From a virus (taxonomy: Duplodnaviria > Caudoviricetes), in the IMG/VR virus record IMGVR_UViG_3300025679_000005: a stretch of 64,000 nucleotides of DNA; one strand, 5' to 3'. Within the stretch, counting starts at the first letter, position 1. Every line of letters starts with the position of its first letter. The notes beneath the pieces were generated by a model, which was not told where the DNA came from, did not search any database, and worked only from the letters and a program-made list of their open reading frames with translations. The translations under genes and the position numbers were made by a program. Below are positions 1 to 10,956 of the stretch, in pieces.

Positions 1-1959
1 TTCCGAGCAAACATCACCATCCCCCATCGTCCCGAGCTTCGTCTGGGATTCCCGATCTACTTGGCTCCGAAGGATCAGGTCTGGTACATCCAAGGGATCA
101 ACCACAACGTCACTTTCGGCGGCCGGGCCACAACTACTCTGAGCCTTACGGCTAAACGCACCAAATTCGTTGCCCCAAAAGGTATCGGCACGATAGCTCT
201 TACGGGATTCAAAGGAGACAAGACTACGCCGGCAAGGAAGATCTTGGCTACGGAGAAGGTCACCCTGACCACCCAGCAGCTGTCGGCTGGAGGGCAGTTC
301 CAAGCAAAGGTAGGTGCCGCTGCTGAGTTGCCTCCAGTCAATGCTCCAGTCAATCCTGGTGATGACGATCCATATGCACCTCTTGAGCTGAGGCACCCAA
401 AGACGGGCCGTCTAGTAGGGTACCCTAATGTGGTGATGGCCTATACCCGTCCGTTCCAGAATGTGCCAGAGGCCACCATGGCAAAACTTTCTGGTCAGGC
501 CGCCGCCAAAGCAGCACGTGTGGCTCAAAGTAAAATAGCGGACTTCAATAAAGCGGCTCCGCAGCAACTCACCGATATCGCTAACGCCTCTCATACAGCG
601 GACGCAACAGACGCCCTGAGGGAGAAACACCTCAACAATCGCTACAGCTACGGCATAAACTCTGCGGGCGTTTACACGTACCTCCACGATACGTCCAAGG
701 TAGTGAAGGAGATGTTGCTCCTCCCCAGTAAAAATATTGACTTCGGTAAGAGCAGTCTGAAGTTTGAGGGCTCTACAGGCATGATCAGGCCCGTCTCGGA
801 CGAGCGAGGCTTCGAGGTCATCGGACATCATCGCTACGGCCGCGGGGTGTCCTTGCGAGACGGGTCACTGATTCTGAATGCCAACAGGCCCAACTCACAG
901 GCGAACATCGGAACACAGATAGCATTGGGCGGAAGCCTCTTTGAGACCTTGCAGGCCCAGTCACAGGGGTTGACGACGATCTCCAATCAGTACTTGGATC
1001 CGGCGGATGCTATTGCTCGTTTGGCTCCGGACGATCTTCAGACAGCGGGTATGATCAATCCAGATACCCATAAGCCGCAGTTCACGAACACGAGTACATC
1101 CTTCATAGACACCGCTACCTTGAACTCTCCTGAGCAAAAGGGGGCGTCACCTAGCGTTGAGGTCTCTCAGCTGTCCAGGGCACTAACCCTGGCTGAAATG
1201 CAAGTCAAAGAGGACCTAGCCCCCAAAGACGACTGCATATGCCTGACAGGTCGCGCAGATCTGGCGTTCTTGAACATCGGTTACCAGGTCAAAGTGATTC
1301 GGCCTACGACAGCGGATACCACACAACAGCCAGTGCCGGTTACGAATGAAATAGCCCGTCAGAATTTGATCCAAACGGCTATTGACGATGGCACACCTGT
1401 GTCAGCTTCAGCGGTCACTCCAAGTCGTGACCAGCTCGCTACTAGGGTAGAGACCTTTCTGGCGAACCTCTACAAGGCGTTGGACGACCCGCACCAGCAG
1501 TTCGAAAGGGAGCTGCGTGGTGAACTCATGGTGGTTCCGACGGCCTCCCCTGGAGATGTCCGATTCGGTTCCAACCCATCTACAGAGTCTCCATTCGCTC
1601 CTCCATACTCCATTCCTGAGCGAGCGGCAGGTGGAGACCCCAATGTCATAGCTCTTCAGGCAAAAACCTCATTGAACCAAGCTTCTAATGCTTGGTCAGC
1701 TTTCGGTAATAAGCTGAAGACGAATGCCACTCAAACACTTCTTCAGGGGCAGATCAACAAGGACCAGACTGACATCACTACCCTGCAAGCGCAGCAGTTC
1801 AGCCTTGAGGCAGCCGTGGCCACGCACAGTGTCATCGTTGGAGCCCCTAACGCTACGACTCAATTGGCTCAGGTCAATGCGGATCTTGCTCAGAAAGAGC
1901 AGGATCTCGCTAACAAGCAGGCCCAATTGAGCGTCCTCAGCCAGAAGGTGCCCTCGTAA
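1..1959 (+). CDS. Baseplate hub / late-control D-like protein, 5' truncated, with C-terminal coiled coil
   Basis: The frame is open from base 1 (FRANITIPHRPELRLGFPIYLAPKDQVWYIQGINHNVTFGGRATTTLSL), a segment typical of gp27/gpD-like hub domains. It lies directly upstream of the spike gene (TAATG overlap). The C-terminus is Gln-rich and heptad-like. Confidence 0.7.
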   Translation, partial: FRANITIPHRPELRLGFPIYLAPKDQVWYIQGINHNVTFGGRATTTLSLTAKRTKFVAPKGIGTIALTGFKGDKTTPARKILATEKVTLTTQQLSAGGQFQAKVGAAAELPPVNAPVNPGDDDPYAPLELRHPKTGRLVGYPNVVMAYTRPFQNVPEATMAKLSGQAAAKAARVAQSKIADFNKAAPQQLTDIANASHTADATDALREKHLNNRYSYGINSAGVYTYLHDTSKVVKEMLLLPSKNIDFGKSSLKFEGSTGMIRPVSDERGFEVIGHHRYGRGVSLRDGSLILNANRPNSQANIGTQIALGGSLFETLQAQSQGLTTISNQYLDPADAIARLAPDDLQTAGMINPDTHKPQFTNTSTSFIDTATLNSPEQKGASPSVEVSQLSRALTLAEMQVKEDLAPKDDCICLTGRADLAFLNIGYQVKVIRPTTADTTQQPVPVTNEIARQNLIQTAIDDGTPVSASAVTPSRDQLATRVETFLANLYKALDDPHQQFERELRGELMVVPTASPGDVRFGSNPSTESPFAPPYSIPERAAGGDPNVIALQAKTSLNQASNAWSAFGNKLKTNATQTLLQGQINKDQTDITTLQAQQFSLEAAVATHSVIVGAPNATTQLAQVNADLAQKEQDLANKQAQLSVLSQKVPS

Positions 1960-4136
1960 TGCCTATGAGCAGGACCCCTAAACACGTCCAGGGCTCTACC
2001 CCCGGCAAGGACTTTGTTGATACCGCGGATATCAGCGGGATCAAGATCGGTATGGTCATTCGTGTCGACGAAGTGAACATGAAGGCCGATCTGAAGATTC
2101 TCAGCAGCAGCAGTGAGCGGTACGAAATCGATCTGACCCAGGGGATCGCAGGGCCACGGAGCTTCTGGGGTGGTATCCCCGAGGTCAACTCCTTGGTGGT
2201 CGTTGGGTACCGTCGAATCCACAAGCATCTGTACGATGCTGTGATCTTGGGTTACTTGCCTACGGGCAATCGTGCCGGCCTGCGCTTTGATCCCCACTCC
2301 CCGGAAGACCCTGGGGAAATCAGCGCTGAGGATAGGGACAACTTCGCTCAAGTCCTTGGCACGACCAGGCGTCTTAAGCGTCTGAACCTTCGTCCTGGTG
2401 ATGTGGGTGGCATGTCCGCTTCCGGGTCTGAGCTAGTCCTCAGCAAAGATGTGAGGATGGCGAACCGCGCCGGGGACTCCATCGAGCTACGAGACTCCGA
2501 TCGCACCCTCATCTCGCAGACCATCCACAGGGTCGAGAGTGACGCCGGCATCAAGAGGATTTCAGGCCCTATCCGACGTGGGACCTTCTTCATTCCGAAC
2601 GACCTGCTCAAAGCTGACGGGACACTACGGGACACAGACACAGCCTACTATGGCCGAGACACCTTGCAGATAGCGGGCCCAGGGATCGGTTCGGGGTCTG
2701 CGGCTAAGTTTTCGAACGCTGCTGGCAAACCCCTCAGTTTGTTCAATGACACGACCACGTTTCCCCCGGTCACCTACTCCAATGGTCGTCGGGTGCACTA
2801 TCCGCCGACATCTCCAGCAGTCAGTATCGAAGATCCCAATGAGTCTGCTGACGCTTTCGTCGAAGATCGCCTAGAGCTTGGCCACACTTCTGATTTGACT
2901 CAAGAAGTGATTGAGGAGATTGACGGATTCTCCTTGGATCGGAATACACCCTACATCGAAAGAGTCATGGGGACAGTGGTGGGCAATGACTCATCGACTA
3001 CTAGGGGGCAGCGTCAGTACGGCAAAATCCTGAAGCCTAAGCTTTTCCCTGACTTTCAGTCTATCGCTTTAGGCAAATTCACGCTTGAGGCTGTCGATCG
3101 GAACCCTACGGCACCAGACCTTGAAGTAGCAACCTCTGCGGCGGCCTTCTACTTTAAGGTGCGCCCCCCTAGGTCTACTGGAGACAACGCTTTCGTAGCG
3201 GCTGTCAGCAAGCAAGGAAAGCTGTTTTTGAATGTCCCCGCCTCTACGGTTGAAGACTACCCTAGCGGTACCAAGAAGGTGTCCGTTGAGATGAGCCTAG
3301 AAGGCGCCCTCAAGGCCTTCATTGGAGCCTCGAACCCTGACCGCATCTCCGCACACATAACCCTTGAAGGCGGGTTGCATTTGGACATCGGTAGGGATGC
3401 CCAGGGCAACGCTATCACCACGAGGTACCACTCGGGGACCAAAACGGTCTACGAGGGAAATCCCAACGAAGACGACGTGACAGCCAGCCTTGAAATACGG
3501 GGCATCAAAGAATCGAACATATCTGGAGCAGAGCGGAAGGTCATCGAAGGTTCGAAGCAGACGACCGTTAGCGGCCAGTACCAGGTGAATGCCGACCGCT
3601 ACAGTGTGAATGCATTCCAGGGAGCCTCGCTAAACTTCGGTGAACTCAATCAGATGGTCAGCGGCAAGACCCAGTTGAACTTTGCACTTCAGGTTCTAGA
3701 GAACATCGCTTTGGGTGGCAAGATTTCTACAATTTTGGCTGGTGGCTTGACTCAGACGGTCCTTGCGGGAGCAATCTCTTATAGTGCCTTGGCAGGAGCC
3801 GTCTCTATTGCAGCCCCGGCAGGAGCCTACTCGGTCACGGTTGGAGTAGGGGCCATGTCCATGACCACAGGAGCAGGGGCTGTCACCATCTCCACAGGAG
3901 CGGGCGTCATGTCCTTGGCAGCAGGGGCTGGTGCCATATCGATGACGGCTGGTTTGGCCATTAACTTGGCGGCTACAACCATCATCTCGATGATAGCCCC
4001 TCAGATACTTTTTGGCGGCCCAGCGGCCGTCCTAGGGGTTGTTAGAGGGGTGCCGGCAATGCCACCCGGGTCTCCGTCTTTGGACATCATCACTGGGATC
4101 CCACTTCCAGGAAGTGCCCTAGTAAGGTCTCTCTGA
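1959..4136 (+). CDS. Baseplate central spike (gp5/gpV/VgrG-like)
   Basis: N-terminal OB-fold-like segment (GMVIRVDEVNMKADL...WGGIPEVNSLVVVGY). C-terminal ~8-residue Gly/Ala repeats (AGAISYSALAGAVSIAAPAGAYSVTVGVGAMSMTTGAGAVTIS) fit a triple beta-helix. Position follows the hub gene. Confidence 0.8.
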   Translation: MPMSRTPKHVQGSTPGKDFVDTADISGIKIGMVIRVDEVNMKADLKILSSSSERYEIDLTQGIAGPRSFWGGIPEVNSLVVVGYRRIHKHLYDAVILGYLPTGNRAGLRFDPHSPEDPGEISAEDRDNFAQVLGTTRRLKRLNLRPGDVGGMSASGSELVLSKDVRMANRAGDSIELRDSDRTLISQTIHRVESDAGIKRISGPIRRGTFFIPNDLLKADGTLRDTDTAYYGRDTLQIAGPGIGSGSAAKFSNAAGKPLSLFNDTTTFPPVTYSNGRRVHYPPTSPAVSIEDPNESADAFVEDRLELGHTSDLTQEVIEEIDGFSLDRNTPYIERVMGTVVGNDSSTTRGQRQYGKILKPKLFPDFQSIALGKFTLEAVDRNPTAPDLEVATSAAAFYFKVRPPRSTGDNAFVAAVSKQGKLFLNVPASTVEDYPSGTKKVSVEMSLEGALKAFIGASNPDRISAHITLEGGLHLDIGRDAQGNAITTRYHSGTKTVYEGNPNEDDVTASLEIRGIKESNISGAERKVIEGSKQTTVSGQYQVNADRYSVNAFQGASLNFGELNQMVSGKTQLNFALQVLENIALGGKISTILAGGLTQTVLAGAISYSALAGAVSIAAPAGAYSVTVGVGAMSMTTGAGAVTISTGAGVMSLAAGAGAISMTAGLAINLAATTIISMIAPQILFGGPAAVLGVVRGVPAMPPGSPSLDIITGIPLPGSALVRSL

Positions 4137-4708
4137 TGCCCGTCTCCCCTCCTGGCATCATTGGGGCTATAGTCCCTAGCCTGGTTTCTTGTGCCTGTAT
4201 AGGAGTGGGGACTCCCAAGTACGCGAACGGGGTTGCTCAGGGCCTAGTTCGCTGGATCCCCCTTGTCAAAGTCACAACAGTAGACGGAGGGACCGCTGGG
4301 GTAGGTACCAACGTGCCTCTGCCTTTGATAGTGCCAACCCCTCTTTTGTACGCGAACTTGCTGAGTGGCATGCTAAGTCAAGGATTTCACGGAATCATGA
4401 TGCCCGCTTTCGTTTCAGGCCTTTCGACCGGGCTGGCCATTTCTTTTTTCCAGATGCTGATTAAGACCAACCATCCTGTAGTGGGCATCGGATCCGGTGT
4501 AGCAAGAATGCAAGCTCCTCCAGCTTTTGCAGCTATATCAGCAGGATTTTCGGCGGCTGGGATGACTGGTCCTGGCTCGGTACGGGCTGCAAGGGCTTTG
4601 GCCAGCGGGCTGGATAGGACTTTCGCTAGCTTACTGATTCCCATTGCCATAGTAGGCCCGCCATCTGTGTCGCCTGGGGTTGGCGTAGGATTTGGGAGTA
4701 TACTGTAA
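4136..4708 (+). CDS. Hypothetical Gly/Ala/Pro-rich virion protein, candidate spike-associated protein
   Basis: 190 aa ORF coupled to the spike gene (TGATG). No recognised family motif. Confidence 0.6.
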   Translation: MPVSPPGIIGAIVPSLVSCACIGVGTPKYANGVAQGLVRWIPLVKVTTVDGGTAGVGTNVPLPLIVPTPLLYANLLSGMLSQGFHGIMMPAFVSGLSTGLAISFFQMLIKTNHPVVGIGSGVARMQAPPAFAAISAGFSAAGMTGPGSVRAARALASGLDRTFASLLIPIAIVGPPSVSPGVGVGFGSIL

Positions 4709-4758
4709 GTCTTGGCGACCGTATGTCGCGTATCAACCAAAAAACATGGAGATTGCAA

Positions 4759-4965
4759 ATGAGTAAAGCAACTTTTGGCGTGGTGACTGAAATACACGAA
4801 GCTCGTGAGATTCGGCGAGTTCTGGATGAAGAGGGTACTATCACTTCCCTTGAACCTGGGGACATGAAGACCCGCTTCAAGATTCAGCTGAAGAACACTA
4901 TGGGGGAAACCCTTGAAATCTGGGTCGACGCCCCGAAAGAAGCCGACAACTTCTTCGCTCCGTGA
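4759..4965 (+). CDS. Small hypothetical protein (68 aa)
   Basis: GGAG at 4748-4751 precedes ATG 4759, so this start is preferred over 4723. The ORF fills the gap between structural genes. Confidence 0.55.
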   Translation: MSKATFGVVTEIHEAREIRRVLDEEGTITSLEPGDMKTRFKIQLKNTMGETLEIWVDAPKEADNFFAP

Positions 4966-4977
4966 AAGGCCACTTAA

Positions 4978-7900
4978 ATGGGCCTATCGGTCAAAGGTTT
5001 TTTACTCGAACCACCCCGCATTGGGCAATCGAACTCCCCGTACACGTACACGCCCAACGTGTACGTGTCGAATCCGTCGGCGTTCAATACGGCGTACCCA
5101 TCAGACGAGTCGGTTCCGAGGACGGAGTATTGCGTTCTTGTCCTCAATGATTCAGGAACCCCTGGCACTGGCCCGAACAATAACAGCTCGTTCGTCGAGG
5201 TCAAATTCGCTTGGACTAAGAACGAGGTCTTGCAGAGATTCGATTATTCAGGGGTAGACGGTCGCTTCAAGGCCTTGCCGGGTGCTGTCCCCACTGCCGT
5301 GGGGACGCTCACTGCCTCAGCCAACACCACCCGTCTCAAGGTAGACGCCCCTATCAACTCGAACCTGACAGCTTACCCTGTACGCTTGTTTTTGGGGACC
5401 GTAGGCTCGGGTAACGCTTTCATCGTATCCACCGTTCTCACGGATGCTGACTTTGGCTCGCCTGTCTCAGGGACCGTACAAGTCTCGATGGCTACGGGCG
5501 ATCTCAACTGGAATACAGCAGACCTCACGACTTTCGCTGGGCAGCCGGTTTTCTTTCAGCGCCAGACCTTCTACTCCTTCGATGCCTCCAAAGGCAACAT
5601 CGGCGTCATCGACAACACACTACTTCTGAACCCACTTCCCGCCACGGGCCAGTTCCCATTGATTCGGATCGGATACGGCTCGTATCTGATTCCCGTCCAA
5701 GTCGCTTCGGACGGGGCCTTCTCTGGCAATCCGGCGTCTGGCCACGTGGAGTGGTCTGTAGCCACGGGCCGACTGAAGTTCAATTCAGTGGACATTGCCG
5801 CGAACACTGCACGTTCTGTGTACTACGACGGGGTCGCCTTCACCTTCAATCAAAGCTTGCCCACGACCAGCCTGGGAACAGTCGCAAGCCCTGCGAGCTT
5901 GTCACCCGTACCCCCAGAGGGCAGTGACACGTTCTTCAGAGTGCCTGGCGTAGTCCAATTCCAGCAGACTCAGTTCGTCGATGCTGTCACTTCCCCTGGC
6001 AAGAAGGGTGTAGTCCAAATTCGTAGGAGCAACGGATTCGTACAGTTCTCGAATGCGGACATCGGACAGTACGGTGCTCAGACGGCTCAAGCAATCACAG
6101 CCGATTTGATCATTGAGCGGGGCATTTCCTTGAGGATGTTTCGGAATCCTGTCAATCTGGACGACTCGGACCCGACCCTTAAAGATGTCTCAGCCTTCTA
6201 TGTGAGCCAAGGAGCGATTTGGGCACAACCCATCATCGCTTCACCGACCGTGGTACTGCCTGCAATCCCTGTCGATACGGATACTTTGAACGTCAATGTT
6301 GAGCAGGGCACGGGCTCTTTCGTAGGGCCTTTGCCTAGGTTGGACGTGGCGGTGCCGCCAGTTGGTTTGGGTTACGTCCTCGATTATGACAACAAGCAGT
6401 TGATTTACGCTCAGCGTAAGGACAATGTGGTGATTCCGGCACCTACTCCTTACGGTGGCGTGCAGCTAGCAGACCCCCTGGTGTTTGCTGCTGGGCTGAA
6501 GTTGGAATTGGAGACGGCACCCAACAGCGGCTTGTACTCTACCTTGACGGTTGGAACCGACGCCCTGTTCGATGCTGGATCTGGCTTGGTGACGATGGTG
6601 TCTACGGACGGCTCAAAGGTCGTAACTGGCGTAGTCGGCGCTATCTCGGGGGCGTCATTCACGGACGCTACTCAGAACTTTTCCACAGCCGGCGTAGCCC
6701 CAGGCGACTTCCTAATCATTCAGGGGGGCCCGGCTAAAGGCGTCTACACGATTGTGAGCGTAGGGACGACGACCCTGGTTTTGGACGCTGTCGGCGCCAC
6801 CTCATCTGGTTTTTCCTACGAAGTCGTCTCCGGTGTGGAAATCCTTGCGGATCGATATTTCCGTGAGGTCCCTCCGGTCGACCCCAACACTAAAGTCGAA
6901 CGAATCCGTGCCCTGGGCACCATAGAGAACTCGCCCAGGCTCAGTATTGACCCTAACCAGGCCTCGTTTTACCGTTTTCGCTATGGGGTCAGCACGTTCT
7001 CGACGACAACTACCCTCGTCAGCAACGACGCCGGCTTCACAGCCTCAGGGTCGTTACCCTCCGGAACGGTAGAAGTCTCCTTGGCAACAGGACACTTGAA
7101 CTTCAGTCAGGTGGATGTCACGGCCGGTGGCGCGGTATTTGGATCTAGGGCTCTAGTCTTGGGGGTGGGCTACACTCTCCAAGCTCCTTTAGGCTTCATT
7201 CAATTCTCGGATCGCTTTCTTGAACTAGAGGAAGCACAGATCACGTACAAGGATGCGAACGGAGACCTGATCTCCGAACGAGCTACCTTCTTGGTTCGTA
7301 AAGAACTGACGCAAGATCATCCGACCCCCACTGCTGTGCTGTCGTTCAATCCAAATGCACGTGAAGTAGCAGCCAACCCTTCGCCGAAGGCTTATCGTGG
7401 TGGGCGGCCGCAGACTTCTGCTCAGGTCACTTTCGATACGACGGCTTCGACGGTCACGTTCTTTGGGGCGGCTACAGCTACAGATGCTCTGCCTTCTGGA
7501 CCTGTGGTCAACCCCAATGAAAACGTATACGTTGACTACTACATCTATCAGGCAATGGGTGGAGAGCAAAATCTCACGGTTTTGCAACCTCCGATCCAAA
7601 CGATCCCGATCATCGTCAACTCTGACACGAATCAGTTTACTCTAGTTGGGGATCGCACTTCCGACTTTGCGGCTAATCACCTCCTGTTGGTGGATCGCAC
7701 TGAGACCTATTTGATCGGGTCCTCCGCGTACGTCTCTGGTACGGGTTTGACCACAGTCACACTGTCCAGCCTTCAGCTATTTCGATCTGACTTCCAGAAT
7801 CCGGTGCTGGCAGTTACGTCGGGAGTGACTCCCCTAACAGGGTCAACAGCGTTTCCGGCCTATTTCACCACTGAGATCACAGCCTATGCCCCCATTTCCA

Positions 7901-10875
7901 GGGGCTCTGCTAAGATGCTGATGTCAGGGGACGTGTCCAAGACTTACGTCTCTGGAATGATCGTGGAAATCACAGACGGGGCGACCTTCCTGGACTTCAA
8001 TCTAGTGGCTGGGTCAACTTACGATGCTAAGGCTCAGAAGACGACGATCACCTTCATCGCCAATGGGGCTAGGCAATACTCAGGTGTGAATCTGAAGCGT
8101 TCTGTTCGCCCGATCCTGGCAACGGCTTTAGTCAAGGTTCAGACGAAGCGAAGTCCTGAATTGGGGCAAGTCTACACTGTCTTTCGGAAGATCGATGGGC
8201 AGTCGGGCAAAGTCCTGTCATCGCCTGCGGACTACACGATCGACGCCTCAGGGTCCGTGGCGGTGGTTTCTGCCCTGGGCCTGAACGAGGAGATTGGGAT
8301 TTTCTACACAGGAGACCTTATTGTTGATGCTGGGCGCTCGCTCCGAGCTAGCTACACCTTTACAATCGTTCCGACTGAGCAGAACGGGCTCTTGAACCAG
8401 ACGTTGAAGGCGGATTACACGACATATGCTCCGGACACTTTCTTCTGGCGTGTGGAGACCTTTACCAACTTCCGGGGAGAGCTAGCTCAGCAATACGAGT
8501 CGGACGCCCAATCGAGCACTCCCTCTGGAGGGCCCATCCTACAGAACTCGTCCTCCCCGAAGCTGTTCGAGCAGGGCCGTGAGTCCGTGTTCTTCCAAGA
8601 AGGTCACCTGTCCAACGAGGACTTGGTAGCACGGCCTACCCTCAAGTACTATAACGATTCTGTGAATGCTCTGGAGGACGCTCTCCAGTACTTCGACGGT
8701 AGGGTAGTGGGGGACCATGACGGCCGCTTCCTATTTGACGGGAACATTGACAATCCGTACAGAGCAACTTTCGCGGCTGTGACGAACCAGATCGACGACA
8801 ATTTCAAGATCAGCCCAGCCCCGTATACGGTGACGGGTCCGCCTTTTGTTGTGACCTCGGTAGGCACTTTCCAAGAAGTCTACAAGGCGGCACCTACCAG
8901 TAGGTTCTACCCGACACAACGGGTCATGTTCGGGGCTACGGTTCCGACCGTGGGGCTGAAGACTGGGGATCCCATCCTGGATACGGGGACCAAGAGTCTC
9001 AAGGCAGTGCCATTAATCCAACGGAGATTCCCCTGGGCTGTGACCACCCAGTTGGCCAGAGCTGGTAGTACGGTCCTCACAGTAGATGCCGCTACTGGCT
9101 CTACAGACCTCCTTAGGCCGTCTTTTGCCAACACCATGAAGGTAGCAATCACCGCTCAGGATGGGGCGGTCCTGGTGGCGGACAGCCCTGGTATGACGGT
9201 ATCAGGATTTTCGGCAACCACCATTACATTGACGGCTGGAGTCGGTGTGAGCATCCCCATTGGAGCCACGGTACGCTTGTCGACCGCAGACACGACCTAC
9301 CTCAAGCAATACCGTCTAGGAATTGACATTGGGGTGGACCTGGACGCGGGCCTACTGACCTATCAAGCTCCCAGCGCTCCTTGGAACGATCCTCTGGTGC
9401 CAACACCCCTTCAACCAGCACCCCCCAATTCTGGGGGCGGTGAAGTTCTGGATGTGACTGCAACCATCGTCAATACTTTGACGGCACCTGACAGGTTCCC
9501 TGCCCTGGACGGTGGCACCGAAGACGATGACAACAACAGGCAGTTCCAGATCCTCAACCCCGATGTCGTGTCCGAGGATGGGCTCACTGGATACATAACG
9601 ACAGAGTTCAATGTCATCAACGCTTCTACGGGAACGTTGCGGGTACACACCACTCCTACATTCGTGGGAACGGGTTCTTTGGACGGGACTAAGACTATCA
9701 TCACGAACTCAGTGACATGGCCCAGCCCTTCGCCTCAAATAGGTGACCTGGTTGAGATTAGGACTGGGCTAAACGCCCTCTCTGGATACCATAGGATCAC
9801 GGCCAATACCTCGAACACGACCACGGTGACTCCAGCCTTTGCATCCGTGGACAGTGGGTTTTCGTTCACGGTAACGGTGAGCAACGATCTGGTTCAGAGC
9901 ACGGGAGACGTGTCCACTACTACAACTTTGACTGACAGCGCGGCGGACTACGTTGCCTTGGGCGTAGTCCCAGGGCAGACGATCGTCATCACCTCAGGCA
10001 CCCTTTCAGGCCTTCGCCGCCAAGTCACGGCAGTGGTCTCTACTCATGTTTTGGCTGTGACAGCCTTCCCGAGCACAGCCACGGCTCAAGGTTACCGCCT
10101 AGTCAATTCCCTAGGCACCTTTGGGGGCGTCTCGGAGTCCATCGTCGTGGCTGAACTGGTCCCTGCCATTTCTGGGGAGGGTGTGGTTGTGGCCAATCAG
10201 ACAGCCTCCATCGACTCTTTCTTCAACACGGCTATGGCGACTCTGGTAACGGCTACGAACGGCGTGTCGGCTACGTCCACATTCACGTCAGCTGGCCAGA
10301 CCTTCATCACCGCAGGGATTACTACCGCCGACCTATTGTTCATTCGAAACGGGGCGGCAGCTGGGGTCTACAAGGTCCAGCAGGTGCTGAGCCAGACCTC
10401 TTTGCTCATTGAGGGTACGTTTCCAACCAATACAACAGGGATCACTTTCCAGATCGTAGCCACAGTTGGGCTTACGGCAGAGCCTCTACAGGGAATATTG
10501 TCTACGGCTTTGGCTTCGAGCATCTTCTACGCTACTCTTTCTCCGTTTCTCAACCTCGTGACTGTTCTAGCCCCAGTCGTAGGGGATGCAGGTGCCTACG
10601 CTGTGCGCCTATTGACCACGGATTTGAACGCCAGGGAAGCAGTGGTTACAGCTCGTAGGACAGCCATCACATCGGCGACAGGATACGTGGCCTCTTTGGA
10701 GGCCGAGTTATCCTCTGGCGACAGACTTTATGATCGGAGGTATGTGTGGCTCGACGCTCGAATCAACCTGACGAACGGAATCCTAGCCAAGAAGGACATA
10801 GCAAGGGTCAATCGGATCAAGGCCCAAGCGGACATCCTGAACCAGCTGACGAAGCTTCTGTCGGTCCAGACGTGA
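4978..10875 (+). CDS. Large virion/baseplate structural protein (1965 aa) with repeated beta modules
   Basis: Very long Thr/Ser/Gly/Val-rich ORF in the baseplate block. Repeats of GxV(Q/E)xSxATGxLxF(N/S)xxD and of GVxPGDxLxIxxG..xGVYxI. Confidence 0.75.
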   Translation: MGLSVKGFLLEPPRIGQSNSPYTYTPNVYVSNPSAFNTAYPSDESVPRTEYCVLVLNDSGTPGTGPNNNSSFVEVKFAWTKNEVLQRFDYSGVDGRFKALPGAVPTAVGTLTASANTTRLKVDAPINSNLTAYPVRLFLGTVGSGNAFIVSTVLTDADFGSPVSGTVQVSMATGDLNWNTADLTTFAGQPVFFQRQTFYSFDASKGNIGVIDNTLLLNPLPATGQFPLIRIGYGSYLIPVQVASDGAFSGNPASGHVEWSVATGRLKFNSVDIAANTARSVYYDGVAFTFNQSLPTTSLGTVASPASLSPVPPEGSDTFFRVPGVVQFQQTQFVDAVTSPGKKGVVQIRRSNGFVQFSNADIGQYGAQTAQAITADLIIERGISLRMFRNPVNLDDSDPTLKDVSAFYVSQGAIWAQPIIASPTVVLPAIPVDTDTLNVNVEQGTGSFVGPLPRLDVAVPPVGLGYVLDYDNKQLIYAQRKDNVVIPAPTPYGGVQLADPLVFAAGLKLELETAPNSGLYSTLTVGTDALFDAGSGLVTMVSTDGSKVVTGVVGAISGASFTDATQNFSTAGVAPGDFLIIQGGPAKGVYTIVSVGTTTLVLDAVGATSSGFSYEVVSGVEILADRYFREVPPVDPNTKVERIRALGTIENSPRLSIDPNQASFYRFRYGVSTFSTTTTLVSNDAGFTASGSLPSGTVEVSLATGHLNFSQVDVTAGGAVFGSRALVLGVGYTLQAPLGFIQFSDRFLELEEAQITYKDANGDLISERATFLVRKELTQDHPTPTAVLSFNPNAREVAANPSPKAYRGGRPQTSAQVTFDTTASTVTFFGAATATDALPSGPVVNPNENVYVDYYIYQAMGGEQNLTVLQPPIQTIPIIVNSDTNQFTLVGDRTSDFAANHLLLVDRTETYLIGSSAYVSGTGLTTVTLSSLQLFRSDFQNPVLAVTSGVTPLTGSTAFPAYFTTEITAYAPISRGSAKMLMSGDVSKTYVSGMIVEITDGATFLDFNLVAGSTYDAKAQKTTITFIANGARQYSGVNLKRSVRPILATALVKVQTKRSPELGQVYTVFRKIDGQSGKVLSSPADYTIDASGSVAVVSALGLNEEIGIFYTGDLIVDAGRSLRASYTFTIVPTEQNGLLNQTLKADYTTYAPDTFFWRVETFTNFRGELAQQYESDAQSSTPSGGPILQNSSSPKLFEQGRESVFFQEGHLSNEDLVARPTLKYYNDSVNALEDALQYFDGRVVGDHDGRFLFDGNIDNPYRATFAAVTNQIDDNFKISPAPYTVTGPPFVVTSVGTFQEVYKAAPTSRFYPTQRVMFGATVPTVGLKTGDPILDTGTKSLKAVPLIQRRFPWAVTTQLARAGSTVLTVDAATGSTDLLRPSFANTMKVAITAQDGAVLVADSPGMTVSGFSATTITLTAGVGVSIPIGATVRLSTADTTYLKQYRLGIDIGVDLDAGLLTYQAPSAPWNDPLVPTPLQPAPPNSGGGEVLDVTATIVNTLTAPDRFPALDGGTEDDDNNRQFQILNPDVVSEDGLTGYITTEFNVINASTGTLRVHTTPTFVGTGSLDGTKTIITNSVTWPSPSPQIGDLVEIRTGLNALSGYHRITANTSNTTTVTPAFASVDSGFSFTVTVSNDLVQSTGDVSTTTTLTDSAADYVALGVVPGQTIVITSGTLSGLRRQVTAVVSTHVLAVTAFPSTATAQGYRLVNSLGTFGGVSESIVVAELVPAISGEGVVVANQTASIDSFFNTAMATLVTATNGVSATSTFTSAGQTFITAGITTADLLFIRNGAAAGVYKVQQVLSQTSLLIEGTFPTNTTGITFQIVATVGLTAEPLQGILSTALASSIFYATLSPFLNLVTVLAPVVGDAGAYAVRLLTTDLNAREAVVTARRTAITSATGYVASLEAELSSGDRLYDRRYVWLDARINLTNGILAKKDIARVNRIKAQADILNQLTKLLSVQT

Positions 10876-10956
10876 AGACCCACACAAAGGGAGACACGAT
10901 GTCGGAATCTACTGAGAATCCTCCAGATGACGAAGCTTCTGTCGGTCCAGACGTGA
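10847..10956 (+). repeat. 29-bp perfect direct repeat TGACGAAGCTTCTGTCGGTCCAGACGTGA, 81-bp period
   Basis: Identical copies at 10847-10875 and 10928-10956. Confidence 0.95.

Noticed and set aside
10746-10898. Longer 116-aa version of the small ORF
   Set aside because: It overlaps the large gene by 130 nt; the RBS supports ATG 10899.
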